A stretch of 60,977 bases of DNA, the filler included, from Dimargaris cristalligena (Eukaryota): NCBI GenBank assembly GCA_003614675.1. It is 4 parts of 4 records of this genome, joined end to end, with 100 filler letters (N's around TTAATTAATTAA, not from the genome) between each part and the next. Parts side by side here need not be neighbours in the genome. Positions count along the whole stretch, not along the records: positions 45,843 to 60,977 come from ML002909.1; 3 more parts are not named here. One strand, 5' to 3'. Positions 48,202 through 60,977 of this stretch are shown here, piece by piece (position 1 is the first letter of the stretch; each line of letters begins with the position of its first letter). The notes under the pieces are model-generated. The model did not search any database. It was given only the letters and a program-made list of their open reading frames with translations, and was not told the DNA's origin. Made by a program: the position numbers and the translations under genes.

Positions 48202-51200
48202 ATGGCGACCATCACCTCTGTCGGTACGTCAAACTCCCGCAGATTGCCCCATAAACTCAGGCCCCAGTGCCATCTCTCCTAACTGAAGGCGGGGGACTCC
48301 GCCTAAGCTGACATCCCCTCTAGTGGCCAAACCTCGCCAAGCCTCTAATCGACCTCCTGTCCTTTTTCTATACCCGTATCCCTTACTTTTGGCCCTAATC
48401 TAGGCGGTCTCCTCGCTCTCTTGGAGGAGCCCAGTGTCTCGTTACAGCATTACGGGCTCACCCGTCTCAACTCCGTCGTTGACCAATTCTGGTCCGAAAT
48501 CTCCGACTCATTGACTCGAATGTAAGTTATTTCCGCCAGCTGGCCGGGTATACACAACCCACCATTCCTTGCTTCCAGCGGTCCACCCATTCTTATTCCC
48601 ATAACCGGGGTCTTGTACGATATAGTCGACCTTTTGAATGGAATCCCCCCTCTTCTCCTGAATTGTCTCTTGCATATACTCCGCGTTCTCTTACTTACTC
48701 ACCTACCCATATCCAAACATACATCACTGTTGCATTATCCAACTAAATTTCCCTGATTATTTTGCTCTCCTACCCCACTGCTATCCTTCACTTAACCAGC
48801 GAAATTCTTTATGAGGAAGAGGATTTCCCCTACCGTAAACTAGCCGCCCTTCTTCTGGCCAAGATCTATTACAATCTGGGCGAGTATGACGAAGCCCTCG
48901 GCTTCGCCCTCGGAGCCGACGACCTGTTTGACCAAACCGAGGGAAGCTTGTTTGTCAAGACCATCGTCAATACTGCCGTCGAGTCCTACATCCACCAACG
49001 GGAAAGTGCCACCGCCACAACCAAGATCGACCCCCGTCTGCAGGCCGTGGTCGAAAACATGGTGGAGCGCTGCTTCCAGGCCAACGAATACAAAATGGTC
49101 ATCGGAATCGCCCTGGAGGCTCGTCGGCTGGATCTCCTGGAAAAGGCCCTCAAACTCGGGAATACTGCCGAATTATTCGCCTACCTCCAGGACTCCTGCT
49201 TCCCCCTCCTTCAACACATGGAGGCCCGTCACAACGTGTTGAACCTTATGCTCCGAATCCAAATGAGCCTTCCCGAATCCAACTACGAGGCCATTTCCCA
49301 GTGTCTTATGCAACTTAATGAGCCGGAAACCTGTGCCCACTTGCTGCTCCGCATGACTGAGAGCGAGCGGGACGAACAAACCCTGGTGATTTACCAAGTG
49401 GCCTTTGACCTGGAGGAAGACGCCACCCAGGAATTCCTGGGTAAGGTGATCCACTACCTGGACCATACGGAATACGCCCGCCCCACCGAAGGGGACGAGT
49501 TCACCAAGTTCACCACCGTGATTAACAACCTCAAATCCATCTTCTCCGGTAAACAGACCATCAAACTGGTGCTAGACTTTCTATTCCAGAATAACCACAC
49601 TGACCTGGCCATTCTGAAAAACACTCGCGATCGTCTGGAGTCCCGTAGCTCTGTGTTCCACTCGGCCATGACTCTCGCCAATGCCTACATGCATGCCGGT
49701 ACTACTGTGGATGATTTCCTGCGCTCCAACATGGAATGGTTGGCCCGGGCCACTAACTGGACAAAATTCACCGCCGCCGCCTCCCTCGGAGTTATCCATA
49801 AAGGCCAAATTGAACGGGGCCCAGCCATTATGGCCCGCTACCTACCCCAGGATGGAGTAAGCAACAGCCCCTACTCCGAGGGTGGTGCCTTTTTTGCCTT
49901 GGGCCTTATCAACGCTAACCACGGCGGTGCCGCCATTGATTACCTCACCAACGCCCTCACCAGCTTCCAAACCCGGGATGTGGAGATTCTGCAGCACGGC
50001 GCTTGCCTCGGCCTCGGAGCCGCCGGAATGGCTACGGCCGACGAAAACCTGTTCGATAGCCTCAAGAACGTGCTCTATACCGACAGCGCCGTGGCAGCCG
50101 AAGCGGCTGGTTTGGCCATGGGTTTGGTGATGGTGGGAACTGCCTCCCAGTCTGCCATCGACGAGATGCTTCAGTACGCCCACGAAACCCAGCACGAGAA
50201 GATTATCCGGGGACTAGCCATCGGTATGGCCTTTATCATGTACGGTCGCCAGGACCAGGCCGACGACTTGATTGATAAGCTCAGTGACGACAAGGATCCC
50301 ATCCTGCGTTACGGTGCTATGTATATGATTGCTATGGCCTACTGCGGAACCGGTAACAACTCGGCCATCAAGCGCCTGCTGCATATTGCGGTCAGCGATG
50401 TTAACGATGATGTACGCCGGGCGGCTGTCACTGCTCTCGGCTTCATTCTTTTCCGTACTCCCAGCCAGGTTCCCCGCATGGTGCAATTGCTGTCCGAGAG
50501 CTACAACCCCCACGTCCGGTACGGTGCCACCCTTGCCCTGGGCATCTCCTGCGCCGGAACTGGCTCCAAAGAGGCCATCAATCTTTTGGAGCCAATGACC
50601 CGCGACTCCGCCGATCACGTCCGCCAGGGCGCCCTGATTGCCCTGGCTATGATCCAGATTGAACAGAGTGAGGCCGCCAACCCCAAGGTAGCCGCTACCC
50701 GGAAGCTGTACAGCACCATTATCGCCGATAAGCACGAAGACCCCATGACCAAGTTTGGCGCTACCCTTGCGCAGGGTATTATCGATGCCGGTGGCCGCAA
50801 CGTCACCATTTCGCTGCAGACGCGGTCAGGCCACACACGGATGCCCGCCGTGGTAGGTATGGCCCTTTTCACCCAATTTTGGTTCTGGTACCCCTTGGCC
50901 CATTTCCTGCCCTTGGCCTTCACCCCAACGGCCTTTATCGGTTTGGACCAAAATCTGCGGGTCCCTAAGATGACCATTGTCTCTAACGCCCGCAAGGCCC
51001 TTTTTGCCTACCCCGAACCCATCCCACCCCCCGCGGCCGATGTGGCTGTCCGGGTGGCCACCGCCGTTTTGTCCACGACTGCCAAAACCAAGGCCCGCGC
51101 TAAGAAGGCCGAGCGGGAAAAGGAGCGCCAGCGTACTGGTAGCGTGAAGGACTCGTCGGCGTCTACCGCCATGGATACGGACGAAGCCAAGCCCACCGCC

Positions 51201-51596
51201 AATGTCACTTCCGGCTCTAAGGTCGGGGATGAGGATGGCTCGCAGGCTGTCAATGACACCGCCATGGATACCGACGAGGCGAGCACTGCCAAAGCCAAGG
51301 TCCCGAGTGGCGACTCTGCTACTGCTTCTAAGAAGTTCGAACCAATCAGCGAGAACCTGCCGAACTTGTGCCGCGTGGTGCCCGCCCAATGGCGGCATAT
51401 TTCGTTCCCAGCCGACGCGCGCTACGTGCCCGTTAAACGGGGTGCCCTCACTGGCGGTATTATAATGCTCGATGATCTGCAGCCCGATCAACCGCAGGAG
51501 CTGATGGCCTCGGTCATACCCCGATCCCATGAGGGATCCGGCTCGGAATTACAGCTACCTAAGCCATTCGAATACCCCTTCGGCGATGATGATTAG
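48202..51596 (+). CDS. RPN2: 26S proteasome regulatory subunit Rpn2 (exons 48202-48223, 48404-48521, 48800-51596)
   Basis: GGLLALLEE...VVDQFWSEIS N-terminus, PC repeats, WLARATNWTKF, HVRYGA, QGIIDAGGRNV and C-terminal PKPFEYPF; splice phases are consistent. Confidence 0.97.
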
Positions 51597-54199
51597 AGGG
51601 ATTAGATGATGATGGGTATTGATGAACCTTTCCCAAATCTCCGCCCTTCCTCTCATGGCTATTTACAGCCTCATTTACCGTCTCTTGAGGTTAGAAATGA
51701 ATAGGGTGAGTAATGATATATTATTATTATTTGTTCATCCCCCAGTTTTAAACTGCTTTTCATCAATTCAGAAATGCATGGGTTTGCACTGGTCCCCTTC
51801 TCTCTCTCCCGAATCTTTCGTTACATCTGGCGACTTTTACACCTGCCTTGTAATCCTTTCTCGAGCTCTGTTTAGTGACTCCGGCCTGGCTGTTTCCCTC
51901 CGGTCCTCAATTTTTTTTTACTCGTAATATTGTAGTATTTTATGTGCCCCCCGCTATAATGCCCGCTATTTGTCACCTCTTTTAAATCTACGCACACTCA
52001 CCACACACCCACGCCCACTGAGAGATCTTTACCAACCCGTTTGTACATGCCATTATTTTTTCTAAACCCATACTCTCTATATCATGAAGATTGGATAGGT
52101 GGTAGGAAATAAAGTCACGGCTAGTATTTTTAAATGAAATGGCTCATCTTGGAGCTTAATGTGGAACATTCCGTGAGATGAAGGCAAGGGAAAAGGAATG
52201 TATGAATAAACCACACCGACTTAAATACATTACTTTAGTATTCGTTCAACTGTGTATCTTTGGAGAAGGGTATGGTTGGTATGGGTGATTTAAAAATCGC
52301 AAAAATTAATCTGGGCCAAGAATAACCAGCCAGGTTTAGTGAGGTGGTCGAATGGTGAAGTAAGTCAGGGAAAATGTGTGGGTGTAATCAGTCGAACTCA
52401 TTAACCATTTATGTTCTCTAGGAAGGTCAGCAATACAATACTAAATGGTATACCATTCCTATATCCAATCTACCCGACTATTCGAAGGCACTATCCGTCA
52501 GCTGTGCATCAGCAGATATTCTCCTTAAATAGCAGCTCTCCAAAGTTGACTGGCTTCAATAGTCGCTGTATATCTTATTCCTAGCCACCGATATAAACGC
52601 CACATCCTAACCCTTTTCGGGTGTTTCTCGACTACTGAGTTCGCACTATTTATTGGTACTGCTGACCTATATGGCTCTGAAATTTGTACACTTCGTTCAC
52701 CAACCACTTGGGGGAGAAAGTATTCGTTTTAAAAACTCATTATGTTAATAGAGGGTAAAGAAAAGAATTTCCGTAAAAATATATATTTCCCCGAAGTAAA
52801 AAGGGAAAATTTTCATGCGAAAATTTGTTTCTCTATCTTTCTCCCTCTTTTATTCCTTCCTACCAGCCAACCCTATTTCGGTATTCTATTTTTCCTGTCA
52901 AAATTTGTCTCTGCCGTGCTCTTTTCATATGTGCACGACAACTTTTCGGTTATTATAGACCGTGGACTTGTCCATTGTGCGAAATAAGCATCGCCAATAA
53001 ATAACAAAACGTCGACGGCATCTATTAACGATAATACGACAATATGAGAGGGGCTAAACACTATGTGACACAGCTCACAGTCATCCGCCAGCACTGCGCA
53101 CACACAGTTTCTCGACCTCCTGTAGTCCCATTCCTAACCGCAGTCACTAGATGTACCGTCAACCCTCTGAGCTCGCTTGAACTATTGTCCGGATGAACAG
53201 AATACCCTTATTGGAGGTTTGTTTTTTTGGGTACCCGATACTCGGTCAATATCCGACTAGCCCTTACATGGGTTGCCTGATTTGACCATAGAACAATTGA
53301 CAGGGATCCGCTTTGGGATTAATATAGTCGGGCGGTCGAGTTTTTCGAAACGGCAGAGAAAGTCCGAAATGTCAACCGTTCAAAACACCGTTTGTAATCC
53401 GAATTCAAACCCTGTTTCGCTGCATCAAATGAGGCCAACCTCCCTTACCCCATTCTCCCTCTACTTTGCACCTCCTCTTTGTCTTCTATCACCAAGGGCA
53501 TGGTAATAATATTTTGATTGTTAGTAATTAAATGATGGATCGGGGGATCCCCCTGGCTATTCATTTTTAGGCGACTGGTTGGCATATCAGAAGGGAGACT
53601 CCAAAACTGAGCTGTAAGTAAAGGAGTTGAACCACACCCCGTTTCCCCCCATTCGAGCCAGATGATTAAGCAACTTGATAATGCACCCGTTCGGTGGTGG
53701 TGTCGAAGATCCACCCTTTCATCATTGAGCCCGATTTTTATATTAGACAACTGTTGGTCTTCGCTCCCCACTTTCTCCCCTTTATTAATGGTACGTCCAA
53801 TATCCTGCCATGGAAGAGGTATGCTATGTCGTTCGGTGGAGTTGTCGAGTTTCCGGTCAATGGCTAATTATAGGTACATGTAATCAAGAAGGGGAATGGT
53901 GTTCGCCATCGGCCTGACCTTTTGGATTCATCGACCATTGGGTTGTTCAAGAAATATACCCATTATTCCGGAATTTAGTGCTGGCGATGGGAGCGCAACG
54001 GAGTACTGACATCTATCTAATGCTTTTATATATAAGGGAGTAGATGGCACCTTCATCCATTTTATCAAATTATATCAATATTCACTTATTAGGATTTTTA
54101 CACCCCTCAACCACCCGTTCCTCTTTACGGTACTTCCACCCTTCACACACACATACACACACGCATTTACTTCTGAACTCCAGTTCTAACGACTCCAAT

Positions 54200-54529
54200 A
54201 TGCGTCACTTTATCTTGACCAGCCCTCTGATTGTTACCGGGTGTCTTTACACTGTAGCCGAGGCCTTTCCTGGCGGCACTCCCATGAGACCAGCCACTCC
54301 TGCGCAAAGCACCGTCCGTCCGCACTCCCAAAATTAGGTTCGCCCCCGTCCTATCCCCTCAACTGTCCATGCCCGTCCGCAAAATTTCAATCGTCCCCGT
54401 CCTGCCTCTTCAGCCGCTCATGCCCGTCCGCAAAATTCTGATGGTCCTTGTCCTCGTCCTACCCTCCCAACTATCAACTCCCGACCTCAACACCATGGCC
54501 GCCCTTTCCCTACCGATCTTATTAAATGA
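54200..54529 (+). pseudogene. Secreted Pro/Arg-rich repeat peptide gene with internal TAG
   Basis: Signal peptide MRHFILTSPLIVTGCLYTVAEA, then ~17-aa repeats (H)ARPQNxxRPRP continuing in frame past TAG 54335-54337; TATATATAA near 54026. Confidence 0.6.
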
Positions 54530-56641
54530 ACTTCGCGGGACCCGCTCACCTTGCAAGAGTACACCCGAGAGGGCCCCCTCCGGACTCTAAAGGCTCCGAA
54601 AAATGGCCCCAATCCCTTGCATCTCTGCCCATTATGTCACTGACACCTCTGGAGGTACTCGACTAGCTTTAGCCAATCTTGGACTGGGTTTGTTGTGTAG
54701 TTTACGGCTATAACATCCCAATTTCGGGGAATAAACGATGCCCCGCACAAATACCATTTATAAAAAAAATCATCTCCTCAATAACACTCGCCCTTTATTT
54801 ATTTTAACTACTTACCACCCATTTTCCCCCATCCACCCCCTTATGGTTATATCAATCATGGTGCTGTTGCTGGTATTGAGTATTCACGCCGTTTTCAATA
54901 TAAAAAGAGTGTGCGGACTTCTATAGTGCTTTAGATGGCGAATACCCCAACTTCCCATGGCGACAGGGACGCCGCTAGATCGCATGGAAATGGGTGATTT
55001 AATATTATCCGGGTTTAACTATGCCGTTCTAACAGTTAGGTGTCGATTCATACTGATACTCTCCACGACATCTTATTCTCGCGCGACGTGCTCCAATTTT
55101 TAGTTTGATTATAAAAGCATGGTCTGTGATCAATCAATAATTTTAATAGCCTGCTGCCTAGCTAATTGGGCATATCCACCTAGGAGAGTAGCCGTGTCGT
55201 AAGAAATAGTCCTGGATCTACTAGTATTCCTACGCCCAGAATGAGTACGCTTCGAGGATAATTCCAACACAATTGCTAAGGGTGCTTTATTGAGCCGAGC
55301 TGGCTAAGGACAAAATGGATCAGGTCAACAAGGGCATTGTAAAAGAAAACCAACTATAGGATTTAAACTAAAGACAATGGGTGATGCAGATGGGGGTATA
55401 GAATGTATGAATATTGAATTGGTGAGTAAAAGAGGCTGGGCTGATCGAAGAGGGAGGAAGGGGTAACATGCCTTCTGTAATTGAATCTCCGCGCCTTCTG
55501 AATGAAACTAGGCCGTAATTACCATTAAGACCCGATAATGGGCCGGATCCAATCACTTTGCTTATTGAGCACATCGGATAGGATTAGTCAACGTCCTAAA
55601 GAGGCCTCGCGGCTCAAAACACTGAAGAGACTGCGCATAGAAACGGCAAAATGGCCGAACTATACTAAACTATAAACCACATATACTGGGATGAAATCCA
55701 CTAGGGGGGAACCTAAGAATATAACTGGGGTTCTAGTCGAAGGGGTAATGGATAATGAAGAATGCTTATTCGTTTTGTTGCTTTAAAAGATATAATCTTG
55801 TAAGGGGGGGTCGTGGGGGTTTTAACAGAGAGATTATATAATCATAATACAAGGGGGTGCTGGAAAAAAGGAATCAATGAGAATAGTATGGCGTTAACCA
55901 CACTAAAGAACCACACCCACTTGTATGCCAATCTATAATAAATGGGCTGCCTTGGCACGGAATTAAAAGGCTTGTTAGATCCAACGGTCTAGCAAGATTG
56001 TACAATAATAACCCAGCCAGTTTAATAACAGCAAGATTAACCGCAATTCCAAAGTGTCAAGTCAAGTTCCGTGAGTGAAATGGTGTATGGGAGAGGCCTG
56101 GCCGTCTACTTTTGCAACTATACTATTCCTTATTCGTGGGCTCAGCCTTTATTTCTATGCTGATAATGTGTATATGATTCAATTCTACGGGAATAAACAC
56201 TAGTCTGTCGCTACAGAAATGTGCATTTTATGTTGACAAGTGAGAAAACAGCAACGACAACGGTCGACTATATCTACATCTCGACATGGTAATTTAAGTT
56301 GGTGATAGAAATCTATATACAATTCAATGATGATGCATTTATGTACGTATATATGTTGACGACGCTACTTTATAAAAGGAATTGTAAAATTGAATTATCA
56401 AGTGCGATGCAAATGCAATATCCACCGGCCCAATTAGCACCAACAGATTATATGAAATGAACCAAGTAAAGGAGAGAGGTCTGGATGGAACTTATGGCAA
56501 CAATACCAAGCGGACACAAAAGAAATAAACTGAAACGACAGGAACTGATGACCAATCACAAAACTAAAAATGGATTACATAAAGGGTATGTATGTATGGC
56601 GCTTGTTCCCATGTTGATAGAGAGGTGTAAATGTTCAAGTT

Positions 56642-59600
56642 TTAAGAGGTTGCATCCAATGATTGCTCCTTAACCAGGGAATAGTACAGACCCTGGCGGT
56701 CAATTAGTTCAAAATGGGTACCCCGTTCGACAATGTGGCCATTTTCAAACACAATAATTACATCGGCGTTCTGAATGGTCGAAAGTCGGTGGGCAATGGT
56801 GATGGTGGTGCGTCCCTTACGAGCCTGGTCGAGGGTCTCCTGAACCAGCTTCTCGCTCGTGGAATCCAGGGCACTGGTGGCCTCGTCCAACAGGAGCAGT
56901 TTGGGGTTGCGGATCAGGGCTCGGGCAATCGCAACGCGCTGTTTTTGACCGCCCGAAAGTTTACCTCCGCGCTCGCCTACCGTGGTTTCGTAACCGTCGG
57001 GGAGGGACTGGACGAAATCGTGAATGTTAGCGGATCGGGCGGCATATTCAACTTCCTGGTTGGTGGCATCTGGTTTACCGTAGCGGATGTTTTCACGAAC
57101 GGACATATCAAAGAGAACGGGCTCCTGCCCCACTAGGGCCATTTTGGAGCGCAGGTTCTGAAGGTGCCATTCCCGAGTGTCCACCTTCTCGACACTCACC
57201 GAACCCGCCAGGACATCGTATAGACGCTGGGCCAGGGCAATCATGGTACTCTTACCGGATCCGGAATTGCCTACTAGGGCCACCGTCTGGCCGGGGTAAG
57301 CAGTAAGACTAATTTGGTGGAGAATGGGGATATGCGGGCAGGTTGGGTAACTGAAGTCAACTTGATGGGCGTCTACGTAACCGTCAATGGCCGAGCGGGT
57401 TTGGCCATCGGAACGCCGAGCATCGATAACCGGTTGGCGATCCACGATATCAAAGATACTGAGGGCAGCCACCTTGGCCTTGGACACATCACCCACCTGC
57501 TGTCCGGCTTGGGCAATACCCATGGCGGCGAACACGATGGCGTAAACGACCTGGAACATTTCGTCGACGGTATAGATACCCCAAATGACTAGCCGGGAAC
57601 CATAGAAGAAGGCGATGATCATCATTAAGAACATATTGGTTTGCGAGAAGGCACTGCCGACGGAATCCATCATGAAGGCCCGCACGGAGTCGCGGTGGGG
57701 CTGATCGTTGGAGCGGTTAAACTTTTCGATAAACATACGCTCGCGGCATAGGGTAGCCACAGTACGCAGATTGGACACAGTCTCGGAAGCGGTCTGGGCG
57801 GCGCGGTCGTATGCCTTCTTGGTTTTGCCGTCAAACCCTTCGATGCTCTTCATCTGCAGTATACTCCCCAGGACTAGAATGGGGATACAGGCAACGACCA
57901 CCAAAGTCAATTGCCAGCCGTTGGTGAAGGCGAGCGTGAAACCGACTACGAGGGTGCTGATGCTTTGCACCAAAACCCCAATGAGACGACCACTTAGCAC
58001 CTTAATCCGTTCGGATTCCGTAGCTAGTTTAGAGCATAGGATACCCGTACCATTTGCCCGGTCGTCGAAGAAGGCGGCATCTTGATAAATCATGGCGCGG
58101 AAACTCATCATACGAACCCGGCTGGTCAGGCGCTCACCGCTAATTTCGAAGAGAGCGACACGGCCGAAGACGGCGATGAACGACGCGGCTGCGAAAGCCA
58201 AGAAGAGGCAGGCGTAGAAATCACCGTCCTTGCGCATCTGCTCGGGATTACCCAAATTGCCGAAAACGGCAAGGACTTTGGAGAACACAATCGAGAAACA
58301 GGGCATAATCGCACCGTCGATGGCGGCACAAATGGCACCGAAAACGATGTACCATTTTTCGGGAATGTTCATGCGGGCCAGACGATAGAAAGGCATAGAG
58401 CGCTTGGCCAAACGCTGGCGTTCGGCCTCGAGAATCTCTTCCTCGGTCTGCCCATCCTCAGGCTCACCTTTACCCTTCTTACCCTTGCGGCCTTTACCGC
58501 GTCGGGCACGCTTCTCGACTGCCTTCTCGGGGGACAGAGGTATGCCCTTCTCGGTGGAAGGGGAACCAGGGGAGAGCTTGCCACTGGCGGTGCTAATGGT
58601 GGAAGATTCCACAAGGGGAAGGACGCCGAGGCCGGAACCCTCGTTAATCTGGCTTGAGTAGGGATCAGTGGACTGTTCAATGGTGTCCATCATGGTGTCC
58701 TCGGTAGCGTCCTCCCGCTTCTTAATCGCCTGGGTACGCACGAGTTGGGCGTAAACGCCATCTCGGGCCAGCAGGGAATTGTGGGTTCCCGTTTCGACCA
58801 CTTCACCCTGGTGCATCACCACAATTTTATCGGCATCCCGGATGGTCGACAGGCGATGGGCCACCACAATAGTGGTACGATTCTTGGAGGCCCGATCCAG
58901 GGCATCCTGGACCAGACGCTCGGCCTTGGAATCCAACGCACTGGTAGCCTCGTCAAGCAGAAGAATACGGGGGTTGCGGATAATGGCGCGGGCGATGGCG
59001 ATACGCTGCTTTTGGCCACCGGACAGGAGGGAGCCCTTCTCCCCGACAGGCGAGTCCAATCCCAATTGCAAGTTTGAGATGAAGTCCCAGGCATTGGCAT
59101 CCCGACAGGCCTGTTCGATTTGGGCGTCAGTGATGGTACCGTCGAGGTCATCGATAGCGCCCCAGAGGATATTTTGTTTGATCGTCTCACCAAAGAGAAT
59201 TGGTTCCTGGCTGACGATACCGAGATGGGTACGCAGGGAGCGGACATTAATGTCCTTGATATTGATACCATCCAGGAAAATGTCGCCGGACAGGGGGTCG
59301 TAGAACCGCTCCAGGAGAGACACGATGGTACTCTTGCCGGAGCCGGAGGCACCCACCAGAGCGACCGTTTGGCCGGCCTCCACATCCAGATTCAGGCACT
59401 TAAGAATGGGCACGTCTGGGCGGGTGGGGTAGCTGAATTTGATATCGCGGAAGAGGATTTGACCGTCGACATGATCTAACTTGATACCGGTTTCGGCGAG
59501 AGGGTCAATAGGACGTTCGCGGGCGATGAGCTGGAACACCTTTGCGGCCGCACCCTGCGCGTTGGCAATAGCAGAAAGCGAGGGGGCGGACTTGCCCAGG

Positions 59601-60867
59601 GCCATGGCACCGATAATGAGAGAGAAGAACACGGCAATGGCGGCATCACCAGTCATGACCCCCTCAGAGGCCAGCTTAATAGCGTACCAAAACCCCAGGG
59701 AGTAGGTTAGGAAAATGAGAAGCATCATGGTGCCCACACCGGCCCCCGAGATGATCGCCTTTCGAGTGCCGTCATGGAGAGCATCCTTGATCTTGGCGTG
59801 GTAGCGATCCGCTTCACGCTCCTGGCCACCAAAGGCCATCACGGTACGGATACCGGAGATGACCTCTTCAGCCACACCACCGGCGCCGGCGTAACTGTCC
59901 TGCCCCTTGGATGATTTCGAGGCCACTAATTTAGCCATGATGGCACCGCACAGGGCAATTAAAGGAAGGGCCGAAAGCAGGACCAGGGCCAAACGCCAGC
60001 CCTTGGCAAAGGCAATCGCAAACCCAGCGATAAAGCAACAGGTGTCCTGGAACACCACGCTGAGCTTCGAGCCAATACCCTCCTGGAGGACATTCACGTC
60101 CCCCGAAATACGCGAGGTAAGGTCGCCGGTGGAGACGGAATCGAACCAGGCAATTTCCTGGCGTAGAATAGCGGCGTAGTATAATTCACGGATCTTACGG
60201 CATTGGCGTTCGGCGGCGTAGGACCACAGAAAGATTTGGATAGTGGCGGCGGTAAGGTAGCGCCGGCCAGAATACCGAACCACTTCATCATGTCATAGAT
60301 GGCATCGTTAAGCACGATGTTGGCCCGAGCCGGATCGGACTGGGAGTAGAAGGCGTACTCACTTAAACTCTGGAGCACGTCGCCGAAAATAATGGCCATC
60401 AGGGGCTGGGATACACCAGTGGCCACAGCGCACACGGAGCCGACGGCCATCAGCACCCAGTCCACTGGTGTGGCGAATCGAAACAGGGATAGGAAAGACA
60501 CCGAAGGGGCCTTATCGGGGTCCAGGTCGTTAGAGGAAGCTTCGTCGGATTCCGCTGTGGTGGCTGGCTTGGGGTCTTCCTTTCGACGGAATACGGAGGA
60601 AAGCTTGCTGCGAGCAGTGGGGGCAGGCGTTGAAGACGCGTGGAGGTCCTTTTCCGATAGGGGTAATCCAGGGGAGAGGGGTCCGTTGAGGTCAGTAAGA
60701 ATAGGCAGCTCTTGTTTTTCCGACCCGTGGAGATCCTGACCCTGACGGGGCGTCATAGGGGCATCAAAGTGCTCATCGGCGACAGGGAAAGGCACGGCCG
60801 TTGAGTCATGACTGTGGGACGACAGGGTGTTGCGAGGCTGGAAATTGGGATTATTAGGAGGGTCCAT
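56642..60867 (-). CDS. Full-length ABCB1/MDR-type ABC transporter, intronless, with a 1-bp frameshift near 60255
   Basis: TMD-NBD-TMD-NBD architecture; Walker A GASGSGKST and GNSGSGKST, LSGGQKQR x2, LLLDEATSALD x2. The N-terminal ORF (VSFLSLFRFATPVDW) switches frame at GAT/TAATIQ. Confidence 0.95.
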
Positions 60868-60977
60868 ATCAGCAAATGGTGCTCATGGGCGAGGTGTATG
60901 GTATAGATTAAGACTAGTAAGGCCGGAAAGGGAGAAGCTATCTTTAATCGTGGGGTTTCCAGACCCTCCCCCCCCGC

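Noticed and set aside
18462-54337. TAG codon reassignment suggested by two in-frame TAGs in secreted-protein genes
   Set aside because: RPN2 ends at TAG right after its conserved C-terminus, and no in-frame TAG was seen in RPN2, RPS9, the ABC transporter or the NRPS stretches I translated
48886-60739. Long overlapping alternative ORFs within RPN2 and the ABC transporter
   Set aside because: Expected by-products of GC-rich codon bias on the coding strand
1-60867. NRPS plus ABC transporter, lipase and oxidoreductase as one biosynthetic gene cluster
   Set aside because: They sit on different segments separated by synthetic spacers and apparently sorted by length, so there is no evidence of linkage

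Overview
Eukaryotic (fungal) genomic DNA with spliceosomal introns. It is probably from an early-diverging fungus; a Dimargaris-like Zoopagomycota species is a guess from gene style and NRPS content. The window is four segments (15202, 15177, 15163 and 15135 bp) joined by artificial 100-nt N44-TTAATTAATTAA-N44 spacers in descending size order, so they are probably unlinked contigs. Segment 1 lies entirely inside one intronless minus-strand NRPS reading frame of over 5000 codons, which the ORF track missed. Its domain order is T-E-C-[A*-T*-C*]-A-T-E-C-A-T-C-A, where the bracketed unit is kept in frame but has lost its catalytic motifs. Segments 2 and 3 are gene-sparse. They hold a Nop15/NIFK-like RRM gene, RPS9, a secreted class 3 lipase, a truncated old yellow enzyme, several small secreted peptide precursors, CpG-depleted tracts and about 8 copies of a 136-bp MITE, one nested inside another. 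Segment 4 carries a synaptojanin-like phosphatase 5' end, RPN2, a Pro/Arg-rich secreted peptide gene with an internal stop, and an ABCB/MDR transporter with a 1-bp frameshift.
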